DNA of 64,000 nucleotides, taken from IMG/VR virus record IMGVR_UViG_3300032286_000437, positions 1,802 to 65,801 of that record. The stretch is one strand, 5' to 3'. A model generated the notes under the pieces. The model was given only the letters and a program-made list of their open reading frames with translations. It had not been told where the DNA came from and did not search any database. This document shows positions 1 to 8,790 of the stretch, piece by piece (the first letter of the stretch is position 1; every line of letters begins with the position of its first letter). The stretch comes from a virus (taxonomy: Duplodnaviria; Caudoviricetes). Position numbers and translations under genes: made by a program.

Positions 1-1
1 T

Positions 2-832
2 ATGGTCACAAGTGCCAAGCCAAATGAGGGCAGTTTTGATAGACTAAGATATATTATTCCTATTTTTGGGGATTCTATTTCTAAATACGTGCCAATAGGT
101 GATGGAGTCATTATTAATTTGGGCGATCTTATTGCTAGATCTTATAATACAAAATATCCCGTTCTATGTTTCTCTAAAATAAAAGATGTGAATGCTATAA
201 TAATTCCTAATGTAGATTTTTTCACTAATTGTTTACAGAATACATTCAAACAAGTCGAAAATGATATTCCATTCCACAAAAAGGAGAGTGGTTCTATTTT
301 TAGTGGAGCATCCACAGGAAATCTTGATAACAATACTAGGACAAAGTATACTCTATCTTGTGTAGGAAATGATAGGCATCATGGATATTTAAGCCACATA
401 TGCCAATGGACAATGCAAGAATGGCTAGATAGATACCCAACAATACAATCTTTAGTGCGTGGACAAATACCATTATCAGAACAATTAAGGTATAAAATTG
501 TAGTAAATATAGATGGTAATACATTATGTTGGAGTAGATTATACTGGCAGATGAAATCAAACTCTATCCCCGTATACATAAATCCAAACAAAGAACATGT
601 TCAATTTTTTGACTACATAAATAAAGATGACTGCTATATAAGTAGTTCACTTGATGATTGTTTTAATACATACGACTATATATTAGATAGCAAAAACGCA
701 GAACATGTAGCACAAGTTGTACAGAATGGTAAAACATATTGTGATAATTTGTTTAGTGACTTTATAGAAAACAAACAAGCCTTTTTGCAGAATATTGTAG
801 ACAGCATTCTTATTAAATTTTTTCATACATAG
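2..832 (+). CDS. Glycosyltransferase family 90 (CAP10/POGLUT-like), 5' truncated by window
   Basis: Motif YKIVVNIDGNTLCWSRLYWQMKSNS resembles the GT90 signature YKYxxxxDGxxxSxRL; upstream FSGASTG resembles FWRGxxTG. Confidence 0.7.
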   Translation: MVTSAKPNEGSFDRLRYIIPIFGDSISKYVPIGDGVIINLGDLIARSYNTKYPVLCFSKIKDVNAIIIPNVDFFTNCLQNTFKQVENDIPFHKKESGSIFSGASTGNLDNNTRTKYTLSCVGNDRHHGYLSHICQWTMQEWLDRYPTIQSLVRGQIPLSEQLRYKIVVNIDGNTLCWSRLYWQMKSNSIPVYINPNKEHVQFFDYINKDDCYISSSLDDCFNTYDYILDSKNAEHVAQVVQNGKTYCDNLFSDFIENKQAFLQNIVDSILIKFFHT

Positions 833-840
833 GAACAACA

Positions 841-1116
841 ATGAATCCAAACGCTACCCCATTAGATGCTATCATTGATTTTGCTGTAAAATCTGGTGCT
901 AGTTTATTTATTGTCAACAACGCTAAAGATGAATTAAAGAAGCTGCGTGAAGAAGCCGATAATCTTCATAAGCAACTTGACAAGCCATCAGCATGGGCTA
1001 GAATAAACAAACAGGGAGACTTGTATGACCCTCGACTCTGTTTAAACCCATACATCAATACTCAGGAAATAGTCCCACTTTACGCATACAGAAAAGGATA
1101 TAACAATGAAACTTGA
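841..1116 (+). CDS. Hypothetical phage protein
   Basis: ORF with AGGA RBS, in operon. Confidence 0.6.
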   Translation: MNPNATPLDAIIDFAVKSGASLFIVNNAKDELKKLREEADNLHKQLDKPSAWARINKQGDLYDPRLCLNPYINTQEIVPLYAYRKGYNNET

Positions 1117-1312
1117 AGTTTATAGCATTGGCAGCAAGGTTAAGTTGGCAGAAGATGTTTACGGTAGCATAGTTGGGATTGCCATTCATGGCGAGAACGA
1201 TGTTACATACGAATGTGGATGGTGGAATGGTCGCTCATATGACACTAGGTGGTTCCACGCGGGCGAGATTGAAGTTACGCTTGCTGAGAGAACAAAGATA
1301 GGATTTGTTTGA
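1106..1312 (+). CDS. Small SH3-like/DUF2158-like hypothetical protein
   Basis: IGSKVKL...YECGWWNG pattern; overlaps upstream stop. Confidence 0.5.
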   Translation: MKLEVYSIGSKVKLAEDVYGSIVGIAIHGENDVTYECGWWNGRSYDTRWFHAGEIEVTLAERTKIGFV

Positions 1313-1316
1313 AAGT

Positions 1317-1388
1317 GGCCCCATAATTTAATGGATAAAATCGTTGCCTTCTAAGCAATTTATGGGAGTTCGATTCTCTCTGGGGCTA
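1317..1388 (+). tRNA. tRNA-Arg (anticodon TCT)
   Basis: Acceptor GGCCCCA/TGGGGCT, D-loop with TGG, anticodon arm GTTGC-CT TCT AA-GCAAT, T-arm GGGAG-TTCGATT-CTCTC; CCA not encoded. Confidence 0.93.
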
Positions 1389-1390
1389 TT

Positions 1391-1534
1391 ATGATAATAC
1401 AATTAGTTAGCGTTGTTCATCGTGCGATATGTCCAACACTCGTTCATGATGATCCAACAAGAATAGGTATATCGTTGTTTGGTATAGCTATATGTATGTT
1501 AGTTCTGTTGAAAATATATCGTTGTTTTAAATAA
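1391..1534 (+). CDS. Small membrane protein (47 aa, below ORF track cutoff)
   Basis: MIIQLVSVVHRAICPTLVHDDPTRIGISLFGIAICMLVLLKIYRCFK; hydrophobic C-terminus; fills gap. Confidence 0.4.
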   Translation: MIIQLVSVVHRAICPTLVHDDPTRIGISLFGIAICMLVLLKIYRCFK

Positions 1535-1550
1535 TTTAGTAGGAGATAAA

Positions 1551-1808
1551 ATGAATCATATTTGTACAGTTGATGAGCTTCGTGATTTGGGTTATAAAGT
1601 AAGGGTTATGCACTATCGTAATCTTGATGAGAATGGTTTTTATACTACTAAAGGTGGCAAGACAGTAGTTACTATTACTGATGATCATGGTCATCATTCT
1701 CGCGGTATTGCACGATGCTCAGAACACGATGGCTTTAATAAAAAACTTGGTGTTAGGATTGCTATTGGCAGAGCCTTGCTAAATGAAGAATCTTTTGTAA
1801 ATAAATAG
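1551..1808 (+). CDS. Conserved phage hypothetical protein
   Basis: AGGAG RBS; GIARCSEHDGFNKKLGVRIAIGRA motif common in phage small proteins. Confidence 0.65.
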   Translation: MNHICTVDELRDLGYKVRVMHYRNLDENGFYTTKGGKTVVTITDDHGHHSRGIARCSEHDGFNKKLGVRIAIGRALLNEESFVNK

Positions 1809-1823
1809 CCCATGCGGTATAAT
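1795..1823 (+). promoter_or_regulatory. Sigma70-like promoter
   Basis: TTGTAA-17bp-TATAAT. Confidence 0.55.
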
Positions 1824-1943
1824 ATTGTTGGCAGGCGTAAAGCAGGCCGCGTTGCAAGTCACTGAAGACATTCGCCAGTATCTTTAGATTAGGGGCGAAG
1901 GTAGTCATAGGCAAATTAACTTTGTCCTTCTCGGAGGTGATTT

Positions 1944-2186
1944 ATGAGTTGTTTTTTCGTTGATCGTATTGATGACGCTAATCGTCAACAAATACAAGAT
2001 GATTATATCCAAGCTATTATAGCTCATATGGATTTCATGGAAATTAGAGATGCGTTGCGTGAGTATCTAATAAAAGAAAAAAATAGATACAACCACAAGC
2101 ATTTACTTAGAGAGATTAAAAAACAGAATCCAGAAATTCTGCGTGAAATCTTTCAAGATGATTATGTAGATACTTTTACAAATTAA
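1944..2186 (+). CDS. Hypothetical protein, paralog A
   Basis: GGAGGT RBS; similar to next ORF. Confidence 0.7.
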   Translation: MSCFFVDRIDDANRQQIQDDYIQAIIAHMDFMEIRDALREYLIKEKNRYNHKHLLREIKKQNPEILREIFQDDYVDTFTN

Positions 2187-2193
2187 AGGTGCT

Positions 2194-2445
2194 ATGATGA
2201 AAAATCTAAAAGTTACAATCGATAATAAAGCATACTTAACACGTAGATATGTGGACTATATAGTTTCACATATGGATGAGGTTGATATGCTCGACAGTTT
2301 AAAAGATTACATTTACAGAGAAAAATTTAATTACCCCAATGGTACGTTAGAAGTTGAGATTGGTAGACATTGCCCAGAACTTCTACAAGACCACACCACA
2401 GAGGAACTAGTTGGTAAAGGAGGGGAATATGCCAAAGCTATTTAA
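2194..2445 (+). CDS. Hypothetical protein, paralog B
   Basis: AAGGT RBS; shares YxxxIxxHMD...EK...EI...PExL with previous ORF. Confidence 0.7.
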   Translation: MMKNLKVTIDNKAYLTRRYVDYIVSHMDEVDMLDSLKDYIYREKFNYPNGTLEVEIGRHCPELLQDHTTEELVGKGGEYAKAI

Positions 2446-2668
2446 AAGAACTATATCATTTGAAGTGGAGGGCGAGCTTTATGATGACAATATTCAACCA
2501 GAAGAAATTATCAAAAGCTATACTTGGAGATTTAAAGGTTATCATGATGGACATGGCGAAGATAAATGTTTTCTAGAAGCATGTCATAATCATCCCCGTG
2601 GACAGATTACTAAGTTAACTTTTAAACCAATTGTCAACAAGTCGCAATCATTACAAAAAACTTTTTAA
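2429..2668 (+). CDS. Hypothetical protein
   Basis: GGAGG RBS before ATG 2429. Confidence 0.6.
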   Translation: MPKLFKRTISFEVEGELYDDNIQPEEIIKSYTWRFKGYHDGHGEDKCFLEACHNHPRGQITKLTFKPIVNKSQSLQKTF

Positions 2669-2679
2669 AGAGGTGCTTT

Positions 2680-2790
2680 ATGATAACTATTCCATTTGTA
2701 TATTATTGGATCGGTGGAATTATAAGTGTATTAGCTTTGGTTAGTCTGTATTATCTATTCTTTCATTGTAGAAAGGATCTTAAAACATGA
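2680..2790 (+). CDS. Small single-TM protein (36 aa)
   Basis: GAGGT RBS; MITIPFVYYWIGGIISVLALVSLYYLFFHCRKDLKT; ATGA overlap with next gene. Confidence 0.5.
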   Translation: MITIPFVYYWIGGIISVLALVSLYYLFFHCRKDLKT

Positions 2791-2969
2791 CCAAAGTTAT
2801 ATTATTAATCCTTGCATTATTCATTACCTCGTGTAAGCCAATTTGTACTTGTGGAAACGTAAATTGTGGTCCAGATTGCAGGAATAAATGTGAAGGTAAT
2901 AGGTGCTATCCCGGCATACCATGTTGCGATAAATGTATTTGCGGTAAGCTAGGTAGTATTAAGAAGTGA
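2787..2969 (+). CDS. Cys-rich putative lipoprotein
   Basis: Signal-like N-terminus with ITSC lipobox-like motif, followed by many Cys. Confidence 0.55.
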   Translation: MTKVILLILALFITSCKPICTCGNVNCGPDCRNKCEGNRCYPGIPCCDKCICGKLGSIKK

Positions 2970-2976
2970 CCATAAG

Positions 2977-3008
2977 GCGGGATTGGTGTAAAAGCCAATC
3001 CCGTTTTT
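2977..3008 (+). terminator. Intrinsic terminator
   Basis: GCGGGATTGG/CCAATCCCGT hairpin + T-tract. Confidence 0.75.
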
Positions 3009-3014
3009 GCATTT

Positions 3015-3027
3015 GGTGTATATAATA
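3015..3027 (+). promoter_or_regulatory. Putative phage late-type promoter GTGTATAWAW
   Basis: GGTGTATATAATA right after a terminator; motif recurs at 7196, 9779, 21475. Confidence 0.55.
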
Positions 3028-3063
3028 AGGATACTTATATACTAGCCAAATGGAGGGTTTTCA

Positions 3064-3405
3064 ATGAAAAACTCTGGTCTCATTTCTGTGTTATTAATAT
3101 CCTGCCTTATCTCAATGTCAACTGTCTTTGCCTACGAAAGCCAAAAAAAGACCCTATTAATTTTCTCAGCGGATTGGTGCCAATACTGCCAAGTCGCAAA
3201 GAACGATATTAACACTAATAGCAAACTCTCAGAAGTAATCAAAAATTACGATATCATCGAATTAGATCATGCTGTTGACAAAGATGCGTTTACGGGCTAT
3301 AATATCAAAGTGCTACCAACCTTTGTCATTATGCAAAACGGTAAAGAGATTGGTCGCAGTACAGGATACAATGGTTATAAATCATTGTTGAACTTTTTAA
3401 GGTAG
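3064..3405 (+). CDS. Secreted thioredoxin-like protein
   Basis: Signal peptide; FSADWCQYC CxxC motif; LPTF cis-Pro loop. Confidence 0.85.
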   Translation: MKNSGLISVLLISCLISMSTVFAYESQKKTLLIFSADWCQYCQVAKNDINTNSKLSEVIKNYDIIELDHAVDKDAFTGYNIKVLPTFVIMQNGKEIGRSTGYNGYKSLLNFLR

Positions 3406-3410
3406 GAAAC

Positions 3411-3759
3411 GGGCCAGTACAGGTATCGACAGGTAAAATAGATATAAACTGCATTAACTGGTTGATCGGTTGGCCAGTATAAAAGCCGATTAAAATGTCA
3501 ATTGGCGAAGTAACTCTCGCTCTCGCTGCCTAATTAATTAGGTACTGAGTGGGGTGGCATGAACCTTATTACCAAATCATGCTGACTCCGATAATCGGAT
3601 ATGGTAGCCTTACCAGACATAAATAGGGATGATGATTGTACTCAATCTGACGCAGATAATTCTGATAGCTTTGTTTGTTGTGTGATAACAACTAACTAAT
3701 AATGTAGACGTTTATATTGATGTTTATTCTGGACAGGGGTTCGATTCCCCTCTGGTCCA
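3411..3759 (+). ncRNA. ssrA: tmRNA (one-piece), tag (A)GEVTLALAA
   Basis: 5' GGGCCAG...TCGAC pairs with 3' CTGGTCC-A giving a G3:U Ala identity pair; T-arm AGGGG-TTCGATT-CCCCT; tag ORF 3504-3533 ends LALAA-TAA. Confidence 0.93.
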
Positions 3760-3780
3760 CTGTGAAAAAGAAATTAAAGG

Positions 3781-3809
3781 TTGCAAAACGGTATTGACGA
3801 TACTACAAT
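3781..3809 (+). promoter_or_regulatory. Sigma70-like promoter
   Basis: TTGCAA-17bp-TACAAT. Confidence 0.55.
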
Positions 3810-3859
3810 GTAGTCAGTTGATCCGTATGGAAGCGATAGTCTTAACTAAGGAGAAGTTT

Positions 3860-4075
3860 ATGAAGAGTTTGATTACTTGTTTTGCGATTGTTCTTTGTGG
3901 TAGCGTTGCTAGTGCTGGTGAGTGCGTAAACGGTCAGTGCGCCCTACGTAGTCGTACAGTAACAGTTGCCCGCGAAGTTATTAATGTGCCTGTACAGGTC
4001 ACTAAGCGGACTGTAGAAGCAACACGTAATGTGGGCCGACGCACGGTAGCACGGGTTCGCAGCGTTGTTCGCTAA
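3860..4075 (+). CDS. Small secreted Arg/Val-rich protein
   Basis: AAGGAG RBS; signal peptide ending ASA; ECVNGQC motif. Confidence 0.7.
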   Translation: MKSLITCFAIVLCGSVASAGECVNGQCALRSRTVTVAREVINVPVQVTKRTVEATRNVGRRTVARVRSVVR

Positions 4076-4094
4076 TCAATAATGGAAAAGAGAA

Positions 4095-4140
4095 AACTCC
4101 CGATGCCTCTTAGCAATGCACACTTTCGGGAGTCTTTTCC
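4095..4140 (+). terminator. Hairpin / possible terminator
   Basis: ACTCCCGA...TCGGGAGT followed by CTTTT; large loop. Confidence 0.4.
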
Positions 4141-4172
4141 TAACTATCAGGATTTACATCAAGGAGGATGCA

Positions 4173-4505
4173 ATGAAAACTTTTATGGTATTTGCAGCAC
4201 TAATGGTTATGTCAACGGTTACAGCTTATGCTGAAGGTAATGTTAGATATTATTCTAGCAAGCCTAAAACGTATAGCTACACTAGTAATACTAATTCATC
4301 GGCACAGGGTGTTGCTGAAATACAGGCCAATAGATGTAGTATGGGTCATTGCGGTGGTAATAGTGGGTATGAAGGGGTAGGATTTAGTAGTAGCAGCGCA
4401 GATGCCGCAGTAAAAAATTGCTGCTATTGGGGACAAAAAACACCAATCGAAATTGGAGTTGCCCGTGGTCGAAATGGGTGGTATGCTTGTGTAAGATACC
4501 GATAA
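4173..4505 (+). CDS. Secreted minimal CAP/SCP-like protein
   Basis: AAGGAGG RBS; signal peptide; MGHxGG..EGVG..CCYWG..IGVARGRNGWYACVRY. Confidence 0.6.
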   Translation: MKTFMVFAALMVMSTVTAYAEGNVRYYSSKPKTYSYTSNTNSSAQGVAEIQANRCSMGHCGGNSGYEGVGFSSSSADAAVKNCCYWGQKTPIEIGVARGRNGWYACVRYR

Positions 4506-4524
4506 ATATTAAGAAAGATTCATA

Positions 4525-5283
4525 ATGACTAAAATAGGAATAGTGATACTAGCAACCAATGCTTATTTTGTGTTAGGTATAAGATTTATAAAACAATTTA
4601 TGCACCACTACAAGGGTGAATCAGAAATCAAATTCTACTTTTTTTCTGATGAAGATCCCCACCCCTATCTACCAGATCATATAAATGTGGAATATCATTA
4701 CAATAAACATACAAGTTGGCTAGACGGGACTAATTCAAAATTCACCAATATACTTTCCTTAGAAAATTCTGATAGTGATTATTTGATTTACTTTGATGCT
4801 GATACCAGCGTATCTAAAGATTTTGATACTGATTGGTTTATTGGTGACACAGTTGGATTAGAACATTTTGGAAACAATGGCTGGATGAAAGATTTAAAAG
4901 GATATGATAGAAATCCTCAATCAAAAGCTTATGTTCCTCTTGATACAACTTTATTTCAAATGTACTATCATGGTTGTTTATTTGGTGGAACTAAAAATAA
5001 AATAATTGAAGTCTGTAAAGTTCTTAGAGAAAATCAATTAGAAGATCAAAAAATTCCTTATGAACCTGGGGTTAATGACGAAAGCTATATTAATCAGTAT
5101 TATCATTACAACCCTCCCACACGCACAGTTCTTCTTGATGAATATCTATTTAACGTAAGTGATAAAGGAGCGATAGGTGAAACAAGGGATGTTGAATTAG
5201 ATATTTCTTCTTTAAAACAAGAAATGTTAATTAATAAAAACAACTTATACAATTTCCAAGATGGTAAATTAATTTTAATATGA
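4525..5283 (+). CDS. Glycosyltransferase family 6 (ABO/alpha-1,3-Gal-type)
   Basis: IGIVILATNAY start, FDAD DxD motif, YYHGCLFGG, NDESYINQY signature. Confidence 0.85.
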   Translation: MTKIGIVILATNAYFVLGIRFIKQFMHHYKGESEIKFYFFSDEDPHPYLPDHINVEYHYNKHTSWLDGTNSKFTNILSLENSDSDYLIYFDADTSVSKDFDTDWFIGDTVGLEHFGNNGWMKDLKGYDRNPQSKAYVPLDTTLFQMYYHGCLFGGTKNKIIEVCKVLRENQLEDQKIPYEPGVNDESYINQYYHYNPPTRTVLLDEYLFNVSDKGAIGETRDVELDISSLKQEMLINKNNLYNFQDGKLILI

Positions 5284-6599
5284 TTTCTAGCTATAAATTA
5301 ATAGATAATGATACAAGCATAGAATATAAAAATCTATACTCTATAAATGGTATAATTTATTTTCTAACAATAGAAGATATTACGCTACCATCTGTTAAAA
5401 AATTTACAATATCATATGATTGGAAACCAGAAATATTAAAGTTTGATTCTGAAAAAAAACTAGAAGATTATGTACAATCTATAAATAACATTGAAGAAAT
5501 AACTCTTTCTGTATTATCCGATAATTCATGGTATGGAAATGTTGGGCATGGTTTGTTTGATGTTCTTTATCCTATATACCTATCATTACTAAAATTTGGC
5601 TATGTCAATGAACCATTTACTTTTCTATCTCTAGATTGGTCATGGAGAGAAAATATGATGTATTATGTTCTTAAAGATTTTACAAAACAAGATCTTTTAG
5701 AATATCCTAATCTAGACAAAGATAAAATATACCACTTTAAAACACTGGTGGCAGGAACAGATTTAGCAGGCAATAGAGTAGTTAATAAAGAAATGTTTAT
5801 CTATGGTAAAAAATGGGACGGCTTACATCAGTTTAAGAAAAGAATTTTTGAAGTAAACAATATTGAGTTAGATAAACCTTTAAATATAGATCGCCCAAAA
5901 ATTATCATAATAAACAACAAGAGATTCGATAATAGAGATAAAGAAATTATTGACATTGTAATTAGTAAATTGGATAATATGTGCGATATAAAATTTGTAG
6001 ACTGGTATCATGATTATAAACATTTTGGCAATGAAACTTTTAAAAAACAAATGGAAGATTTTCAAAATGTGGATATTCAAATTACCGCTCCCGGTACGGC
6101 AATGTTGTACGCACCTTTCTTAAAAAGGGGAGCAGTTAATATTAATATTGGTTATATAGAACACACTCAAACAAATGGCGTAAGAGGTAATCTTAAAATA
6201 TTAGAATCCAAACAAGCCGATCATCTAATTCCAGCATATATGGAACAGCCTATTTGTGCTGGAACATACTACGTAACCTCACTTTATTACGATAGATACA
6301 AATATAATAACTTAGAAGTTGATCCTTTAATAGAATTAATCAATCAAGCAATTGAAATAATAAAAAATAAACAAATCATTGAAGGAAATGTAAATATAGA
6401 TGGGAGAATCTTTAAAGAGTATTGTAAAAGAGCGTTAGACGGTGAAAAAGTATCTGCCTATTTAACAGAAAGATCATTACAAATTGAATTTTTTGTAAAT
6501 GAACACCCACACGCTTTACCACCAACAACAGATCTTAATTTATTGAGACAAATTAAAGATGAATTTGGATATGATAGACGTTACGAAGTTAAATTCTAA
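5280..6599 (+). CDS. Glycosyltransferase family 61-like (DUF563)
   Basis: GNVGHGLFD motif; QMEDFQNVDIQITAPGTAMLYAPFL resembles Q..F...D.+++.HGA.L.N..F. Confidence 0.65.
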   Translation: MISSYKLIDNDTSIEYKNLYSINGIIYFLTIEDITLPSVKKFTISYDWKPEILKFDSEKKLEDYVQSINNIEEITLSVLSDNSWYGNVGHGLFDVLYPIYLSLLKFGYVNEPFTFLSLDWSWRENMMYYVLKDFTKQDLLEYPNLDKDKIYHFKTLVAGTDLAGNRVVNKEMFIYGKKWDGLHQFKKRIFEVNNIELDKPLNIDRPKIIIINNKRFDNRDKEIIDIVISKLDNMCDIKFVDWYHDYKHFGNETFKKQMEDFQNVDIQITAPGTAMLYAPFLKRGAVNINIGYIEHTQTNGVRGNLKILESKQADHLIPAYMEQPICAGTYYVTSLYYDRYKYNNLEVDPLIELINQAIEIIKNKQIIEGNVNIDGRIFKEYCKRALDGEKVSAYLTERSLQIEFFVNEHPHALPPTTDLNLLRQIKDEFGYDRRYEVKF

Positions 6600-6835
6600 T
6601 AATGACTACTATAGCCAAATAAAAACCAGAGTATCTTGCCCGACAGCAGGGTATAATATGGAAAGCGTAGTGGAATTCATGGTTATGTACTGAAAGATTT
6701 AGGTCTTATATGTTTCTTTGGACTAATCATAAAAATTTTGTAAGATTATTAAAGCGTTTGCAAAAGATAGATATGCGAACAATCTATCCAGTAGCATTTA
6801 AATGTGTGCTTGTTCGTGCGGAAAAAGGTGATATC

Positions 6836-7129
6836 ATGGCTCTAGTATATAATGTAACAGCCGGTCCCGTGGTCGATTCTGACGTAAGTGAAAGACGGCT
6901 CACGGTCACTGTTAATGGTAACGATTCTGGAACAACTACATATCCAAGTGAGACAACCGCATTTGGCGAACTAAAGTTCGCTGATAATGACAGCGTTGTT
7001 CTTACCCTAGTAGATGTTGACGATGCTGGAAATGTTAGCTCGCCCGCTGTGGCAGAGTTCGTAGCTACGGACACAATTGCTCCAGTTAGTCCCGGTGAGT
7101 TTGGCGTTACTCTGGTACGAGAAGAGTGA
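6836..7129 (+). CDS. Beta-rich (Ig/Fn3-like) hypothetical protein; alternative start 6710
   Basis: AAAGGTG RBS; DVDDAGNVS..DTIAP motif typical of Ig-like repeats. Confidence 0.55.
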   Translation: MALVYNVTAGPVVDSDVSERRLTVTVNGNDSGTTTYPSETTAFGELKFADNDSVVLTLVDVDDAGNVSSPAVAEFVATDTIAPVSPGEFGVTLVREE

Positions 7130-7152
7130 AATAAGTCAATTTATTGACGCAA

Positions 7153-7185
7153 ATAGGGGATAGTCTTAACCGGCTATCCCTTTAT
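7153..7185 (+). terminator. Intrinsic terminator
   Basis: AGGGGATAGTC/GGCTATCCCTT hairpin + T-rich tail. Confidence 0.7.
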
Positions 7186-7195
7186 TGTTTGATAA

Positions 7196-7207
7196 GTGTA
7201 TATAATA
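7196..7207 (+). promoter_or_regulatory. Putative late-type promoter
   Basis: GTGTATATAATA identical to 3016-3027, again right after a terminator. Confidence 0.55.
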
Positions 7208-7244
7208 TTGGTAATTTTCGCAACTGGCACTTAGGGGGTTTGCC

Positions 7245-8009
7245 GTGGAAAAACTAATATTAACACTTTTATGCTTATTTTTAAACACTCAATTGATAGC
7301 TGGAACAATAGATCAGAATATATCGGATTCTAAATACATTGAATATGGTGCCAAACATGAATCTGTAGTAAAAATAGAAGGTAATTATGATGATGAAACA
7401 AGCACCTACTTTTACGCATCAGCAGTAATAATTAAACCAAGATGGCTTTTAACTGCCGCACATGTAATAAAAGGTAGTAAAAATTGCAGGATTGTAGTTG
7501 GTAAAAAAACAATTCCAATAGATTTTATAGCCCACCATGCTTTATATGAAGAAAATAAATTTGGAAAATACGATATTGGCATATGCCATTTAGAACAAGA
7601 TGCTGATATAGGTTTTTATCCAGAGTTATATTCAGCAGACGATGAAGTTGGTAAAATTTGTAGTGCTGCTGGATATGGTATAACTGGAACATTCCAAAGC
7701 ACAGAAAGAAAGGTAGATAATTTAAAAAGGGCTGGATCAAATATTGTTGAGGCAACAGATAGAGATTTATTAATATGCTCCCTAAAAGATGGACCTAGAA
7801 CAAGCTTAGAATTTTTAATATGTCATGGGGATAGTGGTGGTGGGCTATTTATAGATAAAAAATTGGCAGGGATAAATTCTTGTATTCTCACTGAGGACAA
7901 AAAATTAGATTCAAATATCAATGATTGGTCTGGACACACAAGGGTAAGTTTATTTACTGATTGGGTAAAGGAAGCAATGGAGGCCATAGAAAAAAAGGCT
8001 AATCCATGA
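7245..8009 (+). CDS. Secreted trypsin-like (S1) serine protease
   Basis: Signal peptide; LTAAHV, YDIG and GDSGGG catalytic motifs. Confidence 0.9.
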   Translation: MEKLILTLLCLFLNTQLIAGTIDQNISDSKYIEYGAKHESVVKIEGNYDDETSTYFYASAVIIKPRWLLTAAHVIKGSKNCRIVVGKKTIPIDFIAHHALYEENKFGKYDIGICHLEQDADIGFYPELYSADDEVGKICSAAGYGITGTFQSTERKVDNLKRAGSNIVEATDRDLLICSLKDGPRTSLEFLICHGDSGGGLFIDKKLAGINSCILTEDKKLDSNINDWSGHTRVSLFTDWVKEAMEAIEKKANP

Positions 8010-8332
8010 TTTTTCAGAAATTACTCAAGTTCTTCTTTAAAGATGACGATTATGATGCTAGGTCATATCGCTGGACTACAGTAAGAAAAGAACATTTAGA
8101 AAATCACCCATACTGTGCCGCATGTGGTAGAAATAAGAAACTTGAAGTTCATCATATTAAACCATTTTATCTAAACCCAGAATTAGAATTAGATCCAAGT
8201 AATTTGATAACACTTTGTGATGATCCATGCCACTTTGTCTTTGGGCATTTAATGAATTATAAAAGTTGGAATACTAACGTTGTAAAGGATTGTGAGACAT
8301 ATTATGATAAAATCAAAAATAGGCCGCAGTAA
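8006..8332 (+). CDS. HNH endonuclease
   Basis: CAAC..EVHHIKP..NLITLC..CH. Confidence 0.85.
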   Translation: MIFQKLLKFFFKDDDYDARSYRWTTVRKEHLENHPYCAACGRNKKLEVHHIKPFYLNPELELDPSNLITLCDDPCHFVFGHLMNYKSWNTNVVKDCETYYDKIKNRPQ

Positions 8333-8424
8333 ATTTGCTTTCTCTATTATTGTTTTTGATGCTTTTTGTGTGGGCTATATTATAGGATTCTGTTGCACCT
8401 ATTTTAGAATTTTGTAGTTTCTTG

Positions 8425-8453
8425 TTGACAAAACGCTTGGGGTAAGGTATCAT
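8425..8453 (+). promoter_or_regulatory. Sigma70-like promoter
   Basis: TTGACA-17bp-TATCAT. Confidence 0.65.
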
Positions 8454-8475
8454 ATTGTGAAAGGACCACACTTGG

Positions 8476-8790
8476 ATGTTTAAATCACAATGGAATGTTG
8501 ACACTAACACAGAAGATATTACAATGCTAGGATTAAAAGAAATAGAACGAAAAAAACAGCTTTCATATTTAGAAAACAAATCCAAAATTAAAACTTTGCT
8601 AACAGATGTTGGCTATGAAAATGTTCTCACCTACATGATCGAAGACCTAGATAGGTATGATATTTTGGGTAATGAGGATTTGTGGGTATTGAGAATGGCA
8701 GAAAGCCTAGAAGATGCGTATAATGTTCTTGTTGGCAAATACAGAGACGAAGACAATATTGATAGCAAGGTAACACCAAATGAGAATTGA
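8476..8790 (+). CDS. Hypothetical protein
   Basis: ORF downstream of promoter. Confidence 0.6.
   Translation: MFKSQWNVDTNTEDITMLGLKEIERKKQLSYLENKSKIKTLLTDVGYENVLTYMIEDLDRYDILGNEDLWVLRMAESLEDAYNVLVGKYRDEDNIDSKVTPNEN

Noticed and set aside
1862-1900. Hammerhead ribozyme (CTGAAGA core)
   Set aside because: No correctly placed stem II followed by GAAA and no matching stem III
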